Below, piece after piece: positions 8,665 through 18,407 of a DNA stretch of 64,000 bases (position 1 is its first letter; every line of letters starts with the position of its first letter). Origin of the DNA: Clostridia bacterium (GTDB lineage Bacteria; Bacillota; Clostridia; Oscillospirales; CAG-272); NCBI GenBank assembly GCA_017451735.1, contig JAFTNU010000036.1, forward strand, positions 9,456-73,455, written 5' to 3'. The notes beneath the pieces were generated by a model that worked only from the letters and a program-made list of their open reading frames with translations, was not told the DNA's origin and made no database searches. The translations under genes were made by a program, and so were the position numbers.

Positions 8665-9552
8665 TCACCGATCTCCGCCCTTTTCTGTCTCTTTTCGCGC
8701 GTCCGTACGGTCAAAATTGCCGCGTACGCCCATGACATCCGAGTAATAGACAAAGGTATCCGGATATTTGGAGACGACCTTTAAAAAAGCGGGGATCTGC
8801 CTGTAATTGACCACACAGAAGATCACACTTTTTCCCTGCTCGGTATAGAGTCCCTTCCCCTCGATCACGGTGGCACCGTGTCGCACCCGATGCAGGATAT
8901 CCTCCTTGATATCCGAAAGGCTTTGGGTCACCACCTCAAATTTAACGGCATTGCGGCTCTGCTTCAGGATCCCGGCGGTGATCCGCTCACACACAAAGAT
9001 CTCGACCACAGACAAGAGCACGCTTTGCAGGTTCCGGTAAACAAAAAAGGAGATGATGACAATGCAGACGCTGATGGTGGAGATGATGCTTTCCACGTTC
9101 CTGTGCGGAACCTTTTTTTGTATCATGCTCCCCATAATATCCACGCCGCCCGAGGAGGACCCCATGCGCAGCATGATGCCCGTGAGTCCCTGAGCCACGC
9201 CCCCGAACACAGCGGGCAGGATCAGATCGCCCGTGGCCACATAACGGTAAAAATCGACCCGCCCGAGCACGAACAAAAACAAGGAAAGGACTACGGTATA
9301 AAAAACGGTATAGATCACATAGCGGCGCTTGAGCACAAACCACGCCGCTATCAAAAGAGGCAGATTGATGGCAAGGGTAAACAGCCCTGCATTGATCCCC
9401 GTCAGCTTTTGCAGCATGGTGGCAAGGCCATCCACACCGCTGGGAGCAAAATCATTGGGATAAACGAACACATGCATGCCCACTGCCACCGCCAGTGCCA
9501 CACACAGGGTCAGCAAAAAGTACAGAACCGATTCTCTTGCCCGGGTACGCAC
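8665..9552 (-). CDS. YitT family membrane protein (DUF2179 C-terminal domain)
   Basis: Five N-terminal TM segments, with GGVDGLA and GSSSGGVDIMG motifs and a soluble C-terminal domain (ATVIEGKGLYT...VIFCVV). Confidence 0.8.
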   Translation of the reverse strand: MRTRARESVLYFLLTLCVALAVAVGMHVFVYPNDFAPSGVDGLATMLQKLTGINAGLFTLAINLPLLIAAWFVLKRRYVIYTVFYTVVLSLFLFVLGRVDFYRYVATGDLILPAVFGGVAQGLTGIMLRMGSSSGGVDIMGSMIQKKVPHRNVESIISTISVCIVIISFFVYRNLQSVLLSVVEIFVCERITAGILKQSRNAVKFEVVTQSLSDIKEDILHRVRHGATVIEGKGLYTEQGKSVIFCVVNYRQIPAFLKVVSKYPDTFVYYSDVMGVRGNFDRTDARKETEKGGDR

Positions 9553-9637
9553 CGTAACACACCTCCTTGCAACCGATTTGACATAGTTTGCAAAAAGTAT
9601 ATGCGTCCGGGGCGTAAATTATACCCGCCTCCAAAAA

Positions 9638-10507
9638 TCATTGGGGGACATAATTTTTACGGTATTTGCCCGGGGTAATGCCAAAGCGGCGGCGGAAAAG
9701 CAGAATAAAATGAGAGCAATCGGCAAACCCGCATTCCAGGGCGGTGGCGGTCACATCACACCCCGCCGCCAGCATTTGCTTTGCCCTGGCCAGACGAAGG
9801 TTTTCCAGATAGATATGAGGTGTGGTATGCAGATGTGTCTGAAACAGACGGTTGAGCGTGCTTTGACTGATAAAATAGCGGGCGGCGATCCTTGCCATGC
9901 GTAACGGCTCGCGGTAATTGGCACCGATCTCGTCCAGAATCGCCGACAGCGGATACGGCAGATCCACGCACTCGCCCGATTCGGCATTTGCATCCTCGAT
10001 GAGCAACAGGATCTGTAAAAAAAGGGCTGTACCGCGGCGAAGATCGCCCCCCGTCGTTTCCCGCTCCAGGGCGGATAGGAGCCGCAGCAGCTTTTCTTTT
10101 TCGGGGGCGGGCAGCGCCAGCAGATTCCCCTCCCCTGCCTCCCGATCCCAAAAACGGGTGAGCCATTCACTGTTTTCTCCCGCAGGAAACCAGATGCAAT
10201 AATGCTCATGGGGGGCATCGCCGCGAAAGACACCGTGATGCATCTCATTGGGACGGGTCAGGATCACATCCCCGCGGGTAACGGGATAAAAGCGGTTTTC
10301 CACCATAAAGGTTCCGTTGCCCGAAACATTGACATAGATCTCACAGCTGTCGTGAATATGCATTTCCTCGTTACGCCCCGCATCGTCGGAGCGTGCGATC
10401 CTGTGCTTGAAATCGATGGGGGATGCAAAAAAGCCCGGTAAGGTCTGCTCTAATTGCGGTGTATAACCCATGAACATCCTCCTTTTAAACGTAAAGCGCT
10501 TGTGCAT
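9638..10507 (-). CDS. AraC family transcriptional regulator (cupin + HTH)
   Basis: N-terminal cupin-like half. C-terminal AraC HTH (ARYFISQSTLNRLFQ...CGFADCSHFILLFRRRFGITPGKYR). Divergent from the GH36 gene. Confidence 0.85.
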   Translation of the reverse strand: MHKRFTFKRRMFMGYTPQLEQTLPGFFASPIDFKHRIARSDDAGRNEEMHIHDSCEIYVNVSGNGTFMVENRFYPVTRGDVILTRPNEMHHGVFRGDAPHEHYCIWFPAGENSEWLTRFWDREAGEGNLLALPAPEKEKLLRLLSALERETTGGDLRRGTALFLQILLLIEDANAESGECVDLPYPLSAILDEIGANYREPLRMARIAARYFISQSTLNRLFQTHLHTTPHIYLENLRLARAKQMLAAGCDVTATALECGFADCSHFILLFRRRFGITPGKYRKNYVPQ

Positions 10508-10600
10508 ATTATATCATATTTTCTGCTTGTTTTGTTATAGTAATATAAAAATTTTTTGATTATAATAAAATCAGATCACGAACCGAAAGGATGACATACC

Positions 10601-12766
10601 ATGCAGAGCATACTGAAGCACGCAGAATTTGCCGATATCCACGTAGAAGAGGGAGAGGTGACCACCTTCTCATACCGCTTCGGCACGGCGGTCTATGAAG
10701 AGATGATGGTGGGCAATCGCCTGCTGAGCGCCGGTTGGAACGGCGCGGGCTATACGCAAAATGTCTTGGAGGATATGCCCTCCCGCCTGAGGGTGGGCGA
10801 GTACCGTAACAACACGGCCTTTCGGCTGGAGGCCGAAGGCTCTACCCTTGACTTTGACTGGAATTACAAGGGCTTTTCCCAAACAGACAGCGGTAAGGGG
10901 GTACACGGCACGGTGACCCTGGAAAGCACCCTTCTGCCGCTTACGGTGCGGGTACACACCATGCTGGACGGCACCGGTGTCATGGAGCGTTATCTGGAGA
11001 TCGAAAATACGGGCAAGACGCCTGTGGGTCTGGGCGGCATTTCGATCCTGTCGGGCGGCGTAGAGGAAAACACCACCGATTGGGATCCCTTCTTTGATCC
11101 CCACCACGCCGATAAGCTCTATTCCCTTGGTGCCATGGAATCCTCCGAATGGGGGTGCGAGGGGCTGTTCCGATGGACGGATCTGCCCTCGGCCGGGCTG
11201 ACGGTCACGGGAAAGTGGGAAAGTGAACGGTTCCGTCATCCCGCCTTTTTTCTCAAAAATAATCTGTACGGTACGTTGTTTTTCGGACAGCTGGCCCACA
11301 CGGGGGGCTATGCGTTCCACTTTCACAAGGACACCGAGCCCAACAAGCGGGGCTGCAACTGCCGCCTTTCCTGGGATCTTGCCCTTTCGGGTCCCAAGCC
11401 CATGACCGTGCTTGCGGCAGGCGAGTGCTTTACCACGCCCGCCGTGCATGTGGGTATGCTGATCGGCGACCTGGACAACGCGGTCAATGAGATGAACCGT
11501 CATCTGCGCCGCTCGGTCTTTACCCTGCCCGATGCCCGTGGGGTGAAGGGCTGGGTGGAGGCCGGCATGGGACCCGAGCGCACCATGGACATAACCGCCT
11601 GCAAGCACTTTATCGACACCGCCGCCGCGGTGGGGGCCGAGACCTTTATCGTTGATGCCGGCTGGTATGCCCCCAAGGGTATGGCCACCACCGAATGGGG
11701 CAAGCGCCAGGGAGACTGGCATGTCTCCACCGATCTATACCCCAACGGCATCGGGGAGATCCGCGACTATGCGCATAAAAAGGGACTTTTGTTCGGCATG
11801 TGGATGGAGCCCGAGGCCATCGGCCCCCTTTCCGTGATTGCACGGGAGCACCCCGAATGGCTGACCACCGCCTTTGCCTCTCACGGCAGTAAGAAGCAAA
11901 TAGACCTGACCAACGAAAAGGCCGCGGCTTGGATGGAGGGCGAGATCGTGCGGGTCATTGAGGAAAACCGATTGGATCTGTTCCGACTGGATCATAACAG
12001 CCCGTGCGAATATTGGTTTTCCCGCACCGAGCAGCACGGCAAGGTGGCAAGCGGCCTCCTGCGCCACTACGAGGCGGTCTATGCCATGTACGAGCGGTTG
12101 CACCGACGCTTCCCCGATGTGATCTTTGAAAACTGCGCCAGCGGCGGCGCCCGAACCGATGTAGGCATGGTCAAAAGCTTTACCCACACCTGGGTATCCG
12201 ACTGGAACCAGGCCCCCCGCTCGGTGGCCATTACCAACGGCATGACCATGTGTTTGCCCCCGGAGCTGGTAGACCGACTGGTGAGCGGTATGTATTGCCA
12301 CACCCGCGGCTCGCTGGATCTGCAGGTACGGCACACCCTGTTCGGCAGACCCTCCACCAACTCCTACAACTGCGTGGGCAGTCAAATGAACCCCGCCCAG
12401 ATCGCATTTGTCAAGCACTCCTTTGATCTTTACAAGTCCTTTGTGCGACCCATGGCGGGCAAGGATCTGATCTTTCACCATACCCCCGAGGTCAACGGGA
12501 CACAGCCGCACGGTGTCTGTATCTTAGAGCGGGCTGCCGAGGACGGCAGTCGCTCGATGATCGGGATGTTCAATCTGTGCATGGCGGGAGAGCGCACCGA
12601 GACGATCTATCCCCGCGGCATCGATGCAGGCAGGACCTACCGCGTCAGCTTTGACAACAGCGGATCTACCGCCACGGTCAGCGGCTTTACCCTTATCAAT
12701 GAAGGATTGCGCGTGCGCCTGGATGGCGCACTGCAAAGCGAACTGATCCTGCTGGAGCAGCTGTAA
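10601..12766 (+). CDS. alpha-galactosidase, glycoside hydrolase family 36
   Basis: FIVDAGWY, LFRLDHN and FENCASGGARTD motifs typical of GH36. 721 aa. Confidence 0.85.
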   Translation: MQSILKHAEFADIHVEEGEVTTFSYRFGTAVYEEMMVGNRLLSAGWNGAGYTQNVLEDMPSRLRVGEYRNNTAFRLEAEGSTLDFDWNYKGFSQTDSGKGVHGTVTLESTLLPLTVRVHTMLDGTGVMERYLEIENTGKTPVGLGGISILSGGVEENTTDWDPFFDPHHADKLYSLGAMESSEWGCEGLFRWTDLPSAGLTVTGKWESERFRHPAFFLKNNLYGTLFFGQLAHTGGYAFHFHKDTEPNKRGCNCRLSWDLALSGPKPMTVLAAGECFTTPAVHVGMLIGDLDNAVNEMNRHLRRSVFTLPDARGVKGWVEAGMGPERTMDITACKHFIDTAAAVGAETFIVDAGWYAPKGMATTEWGKRQGDWHVSTDLYPNGIGEIRDYAHKKGLLFGMWMEPEAIGPLSVIAREHPEWLTTAFASHGSKKQIDLTNEKAAAWMEGEIVRVIEENRLDLFRLDHNSPCEYWFSRTEQHGKVASGLLRHYEAVYAMYERLHRRFPDVIFENCASGGARTDVGMVKSFTHTWVSDWNQAPRSVAITNGMTMCLPPELVDRLVSGMYCHTRGSLDLQVRHTLFGRPSTNSYNCVGSQMNPAQIAFVKHSFDLYKSFVRPMAGKDLIFHHTPEVNGTQPHGVCILERAAEDGSRSMIGMFNLCMAGERTETIYPRGIDAGRTYRVSFDNSGSTATVSGFTLINEGLRVRLDGALQSELILLEQL

Positions 12767-12769
12767 AAG

Positions 12770-12812
12770 CAGAGGAAGGAACCGGATTTTCGGTTCCTTC
12801 CTCTGCTTTTTA
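12770..12812 (+). terminator. rho-independent terminator
   Basis: 16-bp perfect stem GCAGAGGAAGGAACCG / CGGTTCCTTCCTCTGC, loop GATTTT, then TTTTT. Confidence 0.9.
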
Positions 12813-12885
12813 TAGGGGTGCAAAAGTTAGTGCACCCTAAGTTTTGTCAAACCTATTGACAACCGAAGGGCGGTGTGTTAAAATA

Positions 12886-13024
12886 GGCACGTTGCTTCTG
12901 AGGGAGTAGTAAGCGCGGCCGCAAGGCAAGCGTGGCAAGTCAACATACTGAGCGGATACCGCTCTGGCTTGCATTAAATTACGAGACTCAAGTATGGCGC
13001 CTGCGCCATACTTGGGTCTTTTTG
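12886..13024 (+). promoter_or_regulatory. yybP-ykoY manganese riboswitch with terminator expression platform
   Basis: Conserved GAGGGAGUAG (12900-12909), GUCAACAUAC (12940-12949) and CGAGACUC (12982-12989). An 11-12 bp terminator follows (CAAGTATGGCG 12989-12999 / CGCCATACTTG 13004-13014) plus TCTTTTTGTTT. It lies directly upstream of mntP. Confidence 0.8.
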
Positions 13025-13044
13025 TTTGTCAAAGGAGAGCTTGG

Positions 13045-13665
13045 ATGTTAGAATTGATCATTACCGCCGCAGGCCTTGGTGTAGGCCTTGCCATGGACGC
13101 CTTTTCCGTATCGCTGACCAACGGGTTGGCCGAGCCCTGCGGCACCAAACGGCGGGCCGCCGCCATCGCAGGTGTCTTTTCCCTGTTTCAGATGGCCATG
13201 CCTCTGATCGGTTGGCTGCTGGTCTCCACCGTGGCACAGCTGTTCAGCCAGGTACAGACCTTTATCCCCTTTATCGCCTTCGGTATCCTGCTGTTTATCG
13301 GCGGCAAGATGCTGGCAGAGGGCATCGGCGATATGCGGGAAAAGAAAAAGGCCGCGGCACAAGGCAAGGAAACGCCCGTTGTCTGCGCTATGGTCCGTAC
13401 CACATTCTGGGGGCTGATGGTGCAGGGCGTGGCCACCTCCATCGACGCCCTTTCCTGCGGGTTTGAGTTTGCCGATTACCTGTGGTGGGAGGCCTTACTC
13501 GCCGCCGGTATCATTGCCGTGGTCACCTTTGTCATTTGCTTTGCCGGTGTGTTCATCGGCCGTAAGTTCGGTACCAAGCTGGCCGAAAAGGCCACCGTTC
13601 TCGGCGGGTGCATTCTGATCCTGATCGGGTTGAAGATCCTGATCCTTGACGGACTGCTGGGTTAA
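13045..13665 (+). CDS. mntP: manganese efflux pump MntP
   Basis: MLELIITAAGLGVGLAMDAFSVSLTNG... and a second DALS-type motif (SIDALSCG). SD GGAGAG is upstream of ATG 13045. The longer ORF from 12994 would overlap the riboswitch terminator. Confidence 0.85.
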   Translation: MLELIITAAGLGVGLAMDAFSVSLTNGLAEPCGTKRRAAAIAGVFSLFQMAMPLIGWLLVSTVAQLFSQVQTFIPFIAFGILLFIGGKMLAEGIGDMREKKKAAAQGKETPVVCAMVRTTFWGLMVQGVATSIDALSCGFEFADYLWWEALLAAGIIAVVTFVICFAGVFIGRKFGTKLAEKATVLGGCILILIGLKILILDGLLG

Positions 13666-13680
13666 GCGTCGACGCATAAC

Positions 13681-13718
13681 AAAAACAGCCTTTCGGCGTT
13701 GCCGAAAGGCTGTTTTTG
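13681..13718. terminator. bidirectional rho-independent terminator
   Basis: AAAAACAGCCTTTCGGC-GTT-GCCGAAAGGCTGTTTTT. It sits between convergent mntP and the 13721 gene. Confidence 0.9.
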
Positions 13719-13720
13719 CG

Positions 13721-13945
13721 TTACCGAACGGGATAATCGTCATAGACAACGACACTGCAAAGGGTCTCGGTGCGCTCCAGGCGCGAGACGCGATTGCCAT
13801 CCTCATCCACATAGGCGATCTTGATCCACTCGTCATCCGCCGCCACTACGTGGCAGGTGATATCGGGATTGCCCGTCAGGTATTCTTCATCATCATTTTT
13901 GATACTGCAACGCTGTCCCACAAGATCGGTAAGCATTCTTGACAT
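13721..13945 (-). CDS. small hypothetical protein (74 aa)
   Basis: AAGGGGG SD is 8-9 nt upstream of ATG 13945. The protein is acidic and no family is recognised. Confidence 0.5.
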   Translation of the reverse strand: MSRMLTDLVGQRCSIKNDDEEYLTGNPDITCHVVAADDEWIKIAYVDEDGNRVSRLERTETLCSVVVYDDYPVR

Positions 13946-14049
13946 TGTTTTTTCCCCCTTTTTTCAGTGCGGAGACGCGGAACGTCCCTCTGCCCTTTCC
14001 ATTTTTTACGTTTTCGGGGGGATTTATACATCGAGTGTAAAAACACGGG

Positions 14050-14268
14050 TCAATTCCCGGTTTCACCGCCCGTCAGATCGTCTTTTTGCTCTTGCAGCTC
14101 GTCGGCCCGATGGCGGAGCTGATTCCACTCCATCAGTCGATTGGCGCCGATGACGAGTGCTACAACGAATATGACCAGAATGAGGATGCGGATCACCCAC
14201 TGGGCCGGGGTGGTCTTTCCCTCTGTCTTCTTTTTTGCCATGACGCATCCTTTCTTTCTTTTTTTCAT
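14050..14268 (-). CDS. divIC: septum formation initiator, FtsB/DivIC family
   Basis: Basic N-terminus, one TM (WVIRILILVIFVVALVIGA), then a short coiled segment. Synteny is yabP-yabQ-divIC. An alternative start at ATG 14241 (MAKKK) has the better SD. Confidence 0.7.
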   Translation of the reverse strand: MKKRKKGCVMAKKKTEGKTTPAQWVIRILILVIFVVALVIGANRLMEWNQLRHRADELQEQKDDLTGGETGN

Positions 14269-14890
14269 CCTTTATGCGGGGGAGCTCCCCCGTAAATCCT
14301 GTTTTTGCCCATGCGATCTGTGCCCTGCAAAGAAGCACCGAGGCCCGTTGCGCCCGGCGCAGCACCGTACGGCGATAAAGGCGTCCAACGGGATGTACGA
14401 CAAAACGCTTGGTCAAATAGCACACGCCCCGGGGCGGCAGAGAAAGCAACACCCGCAAATACAGGGCCAGCGCCGCAAAGCCATATGCCATATAGGCCAC
14501 CATGCGGGAGAATATCCGCACGGAAGCCGTGCGAAACAGTGCAAATCCGCCAAGGGCCAGCAACGGAACCGAAAAGCGGAATGCGCCGTCATTATAGCGG
14601 TACAAAAGCAGAATGACGGTTACGGCAAACCAAAGGCAGAACAGGCAATCTCCCAGTGCCACCACGATGCCCCGCCAGGCGTTACGGCCGATCCCCTTTT
14701 TTTCAAAGGGCACGGCACGGTGCACAAGCGGCAGGGGGCGGGCATAGCGCTCCCGCATCCATTCGGGGGGGCGATAGGCACCGAACAGGATACGGGAGGC
14801 CGTCAGGACCTCCCACAGCCCCCCTTGCGCGATCCCCGTCAGAAAGGCCGAGAGCAAAAGGGTAAACTGAAGATAAGGATCGATCTCCAT
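14063..14890 (-). CDS. yabQ: spore cortex biosynthesis protein YabQ (3' end uncertain, reads 206 nt into divIC)
   Basis: Multi-TM protein directly after yabP (TGATG junction at 14890). The last ~70 codons are Arg/His/Gly-rich and overlap divIC out of frame. Confidence 0.65.
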   Translation of the reverse strand: MEIDPYLQFTLLLSAFLTGIAQGGLWEVLTASRILFGAYRPPEWMRERYARPLPLVHRAVPFEKKGIGRNAWRGIVVALGDCLFCLWFAVTVILLLYRYNDGAFRFSVPLLALGGFALFRTASVRIFSRMVAYMAYGFAALALYLRVLLSLPPRGVCYLTKRFVVHPVGRLYRRTVLRRAQRASVLLCRAQIAWAKTGFTGELPRIKDEKKKERMRHGKKEDRGKDHPGPVGDPHPHSGHIRCSTRHRRQSTDGVESAPPSGRRAARAKRRSDGR

Positions 14891-15183
14891 CAGCCGAAGA
14901 ATCTGGCGCGAAGTCCCCGCCGTGCAGGTGCGCCGTCGCTGTAATAGGCACCGTTCAACCGCCCCGTCACTTCAACCACGCCGCGAGCGATATCCAATGT
15001 ACCGATGTGCAGTCCTTCCCCCTCCAGAGTCAGTTCACCGCAGTCGGTCACAAGAATCACCGTCTGCTCGTCAAAGCTCTCTACCTCTGTCACACCCGAG
15101 ATGGCGATCTGCTGTCGCGTTCCCACCGTTAAGGTGTGCTTTTTTGCCGATTCGTTTCCCTTTTCCGCCATCATATCCTCCAC
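14890..15183 (-). CDS. yabP: sporulation protein YabP
   Basis: LTVGTRQQIAISGVTEVESFDEQTVILVTDCGELTLEGEGLHI matches the YabP pattern. Synteny supports it. Confidence 0.85.
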   Translation of the reverse strand: MEDMMAEKGNESAKKHTLTVGTRQQIAISGVTEVESFDEQTVILVTDCGELTLEGEGLHIGTLDIARGVVEVTGRLNGAYYSDGAPARRGLRARFFG

Positions 15184-15221
15184 TTTTCCAATCGTTTTGG
15201 TAGAGTATATGCGCAGAATAT

Positions 15222-15464
15222 TTATTCTATGACTTCGTAAAGACCGGCGGCGTCTGCCTTGCCCACCGTTTCCTTGACCGAGAGCACCCGTACCTTTAAG
15301 GTGCGGTTACCAAAGCCCACCTCGATGATATCGTTCTCCTTCACATCATAAGATGCCTTGGCCGGGCGGCCGTTGACCGTCACATGGGCGGCATCGCAGG
15401 CATCGTTGGCCACCGTGCGGCGCTTGATGATGCGGGATACCTTGAGATATTTATCCAATCTCAT
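15222..15464 (-). CDS. yabO: S4-domain RNA-binding protein (YabO/Hsp15-like)
   Basis: MRLDKYLKVSRIIKRRTVANDA...VTVNGRPAKASYDVKENDII. I placed the start at ATG 15464 rather than the ORF-track start at 15584. Confidence 0.85.
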   Translation of the reverse strand: MRLDKYLKVSRIIKRRTVANDACDAAHVTVNGRPAKASYDVKENDIIEVGFGNRTLKVRVLSVKETVGKADAAGLYEVIE

Positions 15465-15529
15465 ATAAAACCTCACAGAAAAGATGCGCGGCGAAAGCCT
15501 TCGCCCTCGCCGCGCCCGAATTGGTAAAA

Positions 15530-15802
15530 TTACTGAATAGCGTCTTTCAGAGCCTTGCCTGCGGCAAAAGCGGGAACCTTGCAAGCCGCGATCTCGATGG
15601 CTTCGCCGGTTGCGGGGTTCTTACCGGTTCTGGCGGCGCGCTCCTTCACAGAGAAGGTACCGAAGCCGACAAGAGAAACTTTATCGCCTGCCTTCAAGGC
15701 GTCTTTAATGGCGTCGATCACTGCGGTCAGGGCAACGTCGGCATCTTTCTTGGACAACTCGCTCTTTGCTACGATAGCATCGATCAATTCTGCTTTGTTC
15801 AT
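15530..15802 (-). CDS. hup: DNA-binding protein HU
   Basis: [32 protein letters not shown]...[27 protein letters not shown] placed the start at ATG 15802. Confidence 0.95.
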   Translation of the reverse strand: MNKAELIDAIVAKSELSKKDADVALTAVIDAIKDALKAGDKVSLVGFGTFSVKERAARTGKNPATGEAIEIAACKVPAFAAGKALKDAIQ

Positions 15803-15923
15803 GTGAATATACATCCTTTCTGAATTTTGAACGATACGCAATGGGCGGTGCCCACCACTTACGCTTATTTTAGCACATACAGGGAAAAAATGCAAGGGGG
15901 AAAAGGAAGAAATTTGCAAAAAG

Positions 15924-16742
15924 TCAGCCTTTTTCGGTAACTTTTTTGGCATTTTCCCACAAAACGTCCTTTTCTGCGTCGCTCATTTGCTCCAGGGCAC
16001 ATCCCTGCTCCAATGCCGCCGCTTCCACCGCCGAAAAGCGGTCGATGAATTTATCGGTAGCGCGGGTCAGCGCCAGCTCGGGATCCACCCCGGCCTTGCG
16101 GGCAAGGCTGGCCACCGAAAGCAGCAGATCTCCGATCTCCTCGGCAAGGTGCTCGCCGTCCCCGACCGCCAACGCCTCGCGGACCTCGGTCAGCTCCTCG
16201 CCCACCTTGTCGGCAACCGACGGGGCATCGGGAAAATCCATCATTTTGGCCTTTTTCCCCACCTTGGCGGCCCGCATCAGGGCGGGATACTGGCGAGGAA
16301 TGGCGCGGAGCTTGTCGGTGACCGTGTCACGCTGCTTCTCCTCGCTTTTGATGGTCTCCCAATTGGCAAGCACCTCTCCCGAGGTATCGGCCCTTACATC
16401 GCCGAACACATGGGGATGGCGGTGGATCATTTTTTGACAGATATCGTTTGCCACGTCGTCGAAGGTACAGCGCCCCGCTTCCTCCTCCATGCGCGCGTGC
16501 ATGACCACCTGTAGCAGCACGTCTCCCAGCTCCTCACGCAAAAGGGCGGGATCCCCGTTGTCGATGGCCTCGATGACCTCATAGGTCTCCTCGATCAAAT
16601 CATTGCGGATGGTGGTATGGGTCTGTTCCCTGTCCCAAGGACAACCTCCGGGCAAGCGTAACAGCTCTACTATGGTAACCAGATCACGCACATCGTATAC
16701 CTTTTTTTGCAAAATCATCTGTAATTTTTCATCTCTTGTCAT
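15924..16742 (-). CDS. mazG: nucleoside triphosphate pyrophosphohydrolase MazG
   Basis: Tandem MazG domains ([28 protein letters not shown]; second [16 protein letters not shown]). Confidence 0.9.
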   Translation of the reverse strand: MTRDEKLQMILQKKVYDVRDLVTIVELLRLPGGCPWDREQTHTTIRNDLIEETYEVIEAIDNGDPALLREELGDVLLQVVMHARMEEEAGRCTFDDVANDICQKMIHRHPHVFGDVRADTSGEVLANWETIKSEEKQRDTVTDKLRAIPRQYPALMRAAKVGKKAKMMDFPDAPSVADKVGEELTEVREALAVGDGEHLAEEIGDLLLSVASLARKAGVDPELALTRATDKFIDRFSAVEAAALEQGCALEQMSDAEKDVLWENAKKVTEKG

Positions 16743-16753
16743 GGTTTTACATC

Positions 16754-18379
16754 CTATTTGATCAGTTTATATTTTATGAGAAAGCCACAGATCTTATCCC
16801 CTGCCGGCAGGGCGAAAAGATCCTCACGGGCGACGGCCCCGAAGCGCAGGGCAAGCAGGGCAAAAACCGCCGCCGTGACAAAAAGAACAGGTAGCATCAG
16901 CCATGTGCAGGCAAGCCCTGCCGCAAGCAGGCCGAAGTACAGGGCGGCCCCTGCCGCGACCCCAAAAAGAGCGGCCGCAAAGGGACGGAACAGATCCTTC
17001 CCCGAGAAAAAGCCAAAGGGCAACGCCCGGGAAAGTGCGATGGCCTCGATGATCAGAACCGTCAGATTACAGGCAAGGGTGCTGATGGGCGCACCGTAGA
17101 TATGAATGCCCTGCATGGGTAGAAGCAGGACCTCCAGAGCCAGCTTGACCAATGCCCCGGCACCCATGGCAAGAACGGGAATCACCGTATGCCCCGTGGC
17201 CTGGAGAGCCGCCCCCGTCAGGGTGATGAGGGCCGCCGGCACAACCGACAGGGCCAGGATCGAAAGCAACGGCGCGGCCAGCTCGATGGCCTCGTTCTGC
17301 CCCGCATAGATCAGGGACAGGATCGGGCGGGCAAAAATACCCAGCCCCAGGGCCGCAGGGATCGAAACCAGTGCCGAGAGGCGCAATGCCGAGGAAAGAG
17401 CGATCCGCCCGCCCTCGGCCTCCCCCTTGGAAAGTGCCGCCCCCAGCAGGGGCATCAGAGCCAGTGTGATGGGAGAAAGCAGGGACGGCACCAGATTGTA
17501 AAGCGGCACGGCCAGATTACCGTAGCTGCTGTACATGGCGTTGGCTACGGCGGGGGCAAAGCCCGCCGCCTGCAGTCTCCCCGAAATGAGAGCGGTATCG
17601 ATCAGGGTCACAAGGCTCATGACCGAGGCACTGACCGTAACGGGAAGCGCCACGCGCAAAAGCTCTCCCAAACCGCCGCGCCGCGAGGGCAAGGCGCCCT
17701 CCCTTCCCTCTCCCCTTCGCTTCACGGCATCCGCCACCAGGAGCACGGCAAGCACCAGGGCGGCCAGCGCCAGCCCCGCGGTGATACCGAAAATGGCATA
17801 GGCCGCCACAACAGGTACAGGCAGGCCGCGATGCTTGGCAAGCAGGGCAAATCCAAGGCCGAAGCCAAGCTTTCCCGCCGCCTCCAGCACCTCGGAAAGG
17901 GCGGTGGGGACCATGCGCTGGTGCCCCTGGAAATAGCCCTTGGCGGCACCGATAAAGGCCGCAAGCAGCAGGGCTGGTGCGATCGCGACGATAGAGGCCG
18001 CCGCATCGGCCATAGCAAGCCTTGCCGCAAGGGCGGGGGCGCCCGCAAGCAGCAGGACCGTTCCGCCAAGCCCCAAGGAGAGAAAAAGCGTCAGAGCCAC
18101 GCCGAAGATACGGCGTACGGCGCGGGTCTGCCCCGCCGCAACCGAGCGGGCTATCTGCAAGGAAAGGGCAGTGGGCAATCCCGTAGCCGACAGAACGAAC
18201 AGCATGGAATAGATGTGATAGGCGGCCAGAAAATAGGCCATGCCCGTAACGCCCACGATGGCGATCAGGGGGATCTTATAAAAAAGCCCGATGATCTTGG
18301 TAAAAAGCGTGGCGGGCATCAGCACCGCCACGCCACCGAACAGCTTCTTCTTTTCGTTGGAACTCCCGCTCTGCGGCAA
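16754..18379 (-). CDS. MOP-superfamily flippase, YabM/SpoVB-like polysaccharide biosynthesis protein
   Basis: 541 aa, about 14 TM segments. Its position upstream of mazG matches B. subtilis yabM. This is the only gene in the window ending in TAG. Confidence 0.8.
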   Translation of the reverse strand: MPQSGSSNEKKKLFGGVAVLMPATLFTKIIGLFYKIPLIAIVGVTGMAYFLAAYHIYSMLFVLSATGLPTALSLQIARSVAAGQTRAVRRIFGVALTLFLSLGLGGTVLLLAGAPALAARLAMADAAASIVAIAPALLLAAFIGAAKGYFQGHQRMVPTALSEVLEAAGKLGFGLGFALLAKHRGLPVPVVAAYAIFGITAGLALAALVLAVLLVADAVKRRGEGREGALPSRRGGLGELLRVALPVTVSASVMSLVTLIDTALISGRLQAAGFAPAVANAMYSSYGNLAVPLYNLVPSLLSPITLALMPLLGAALSKGEAEGGRIALSSALRLSALVSIPAALGLGIFARPILSLIYAGQNEAIELAAPLLSILALSVVPAALITLTGAALQATGHTVIPVLAMGAGALVKLALEVLLLPMQGIHIYGAPISTLACNLTVLIIEAIALSRALPFGFFSGKDLFRPFAAALFGVAAGAALYFGLLAAGLACTWLMLPVLFVTAAVFALLALRFGAVAREDLFALPAGDKICGFLIKYKLIK

Positions 18380-18407
18380 ACAGCATCCCTCCGTTCAGGG
18401 CGGGAGC

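Noticed and set aside
12994-13044. N-terminal extension of mntP (ORF-track start at 12994).
   Set aside because: The extension would be translated from the terminator hairpin and U-tract of the Mn riboswitch. ATG 13045 has a GGAGAG SD and starts the conserved MLELIIT.. MntP N-terminus.
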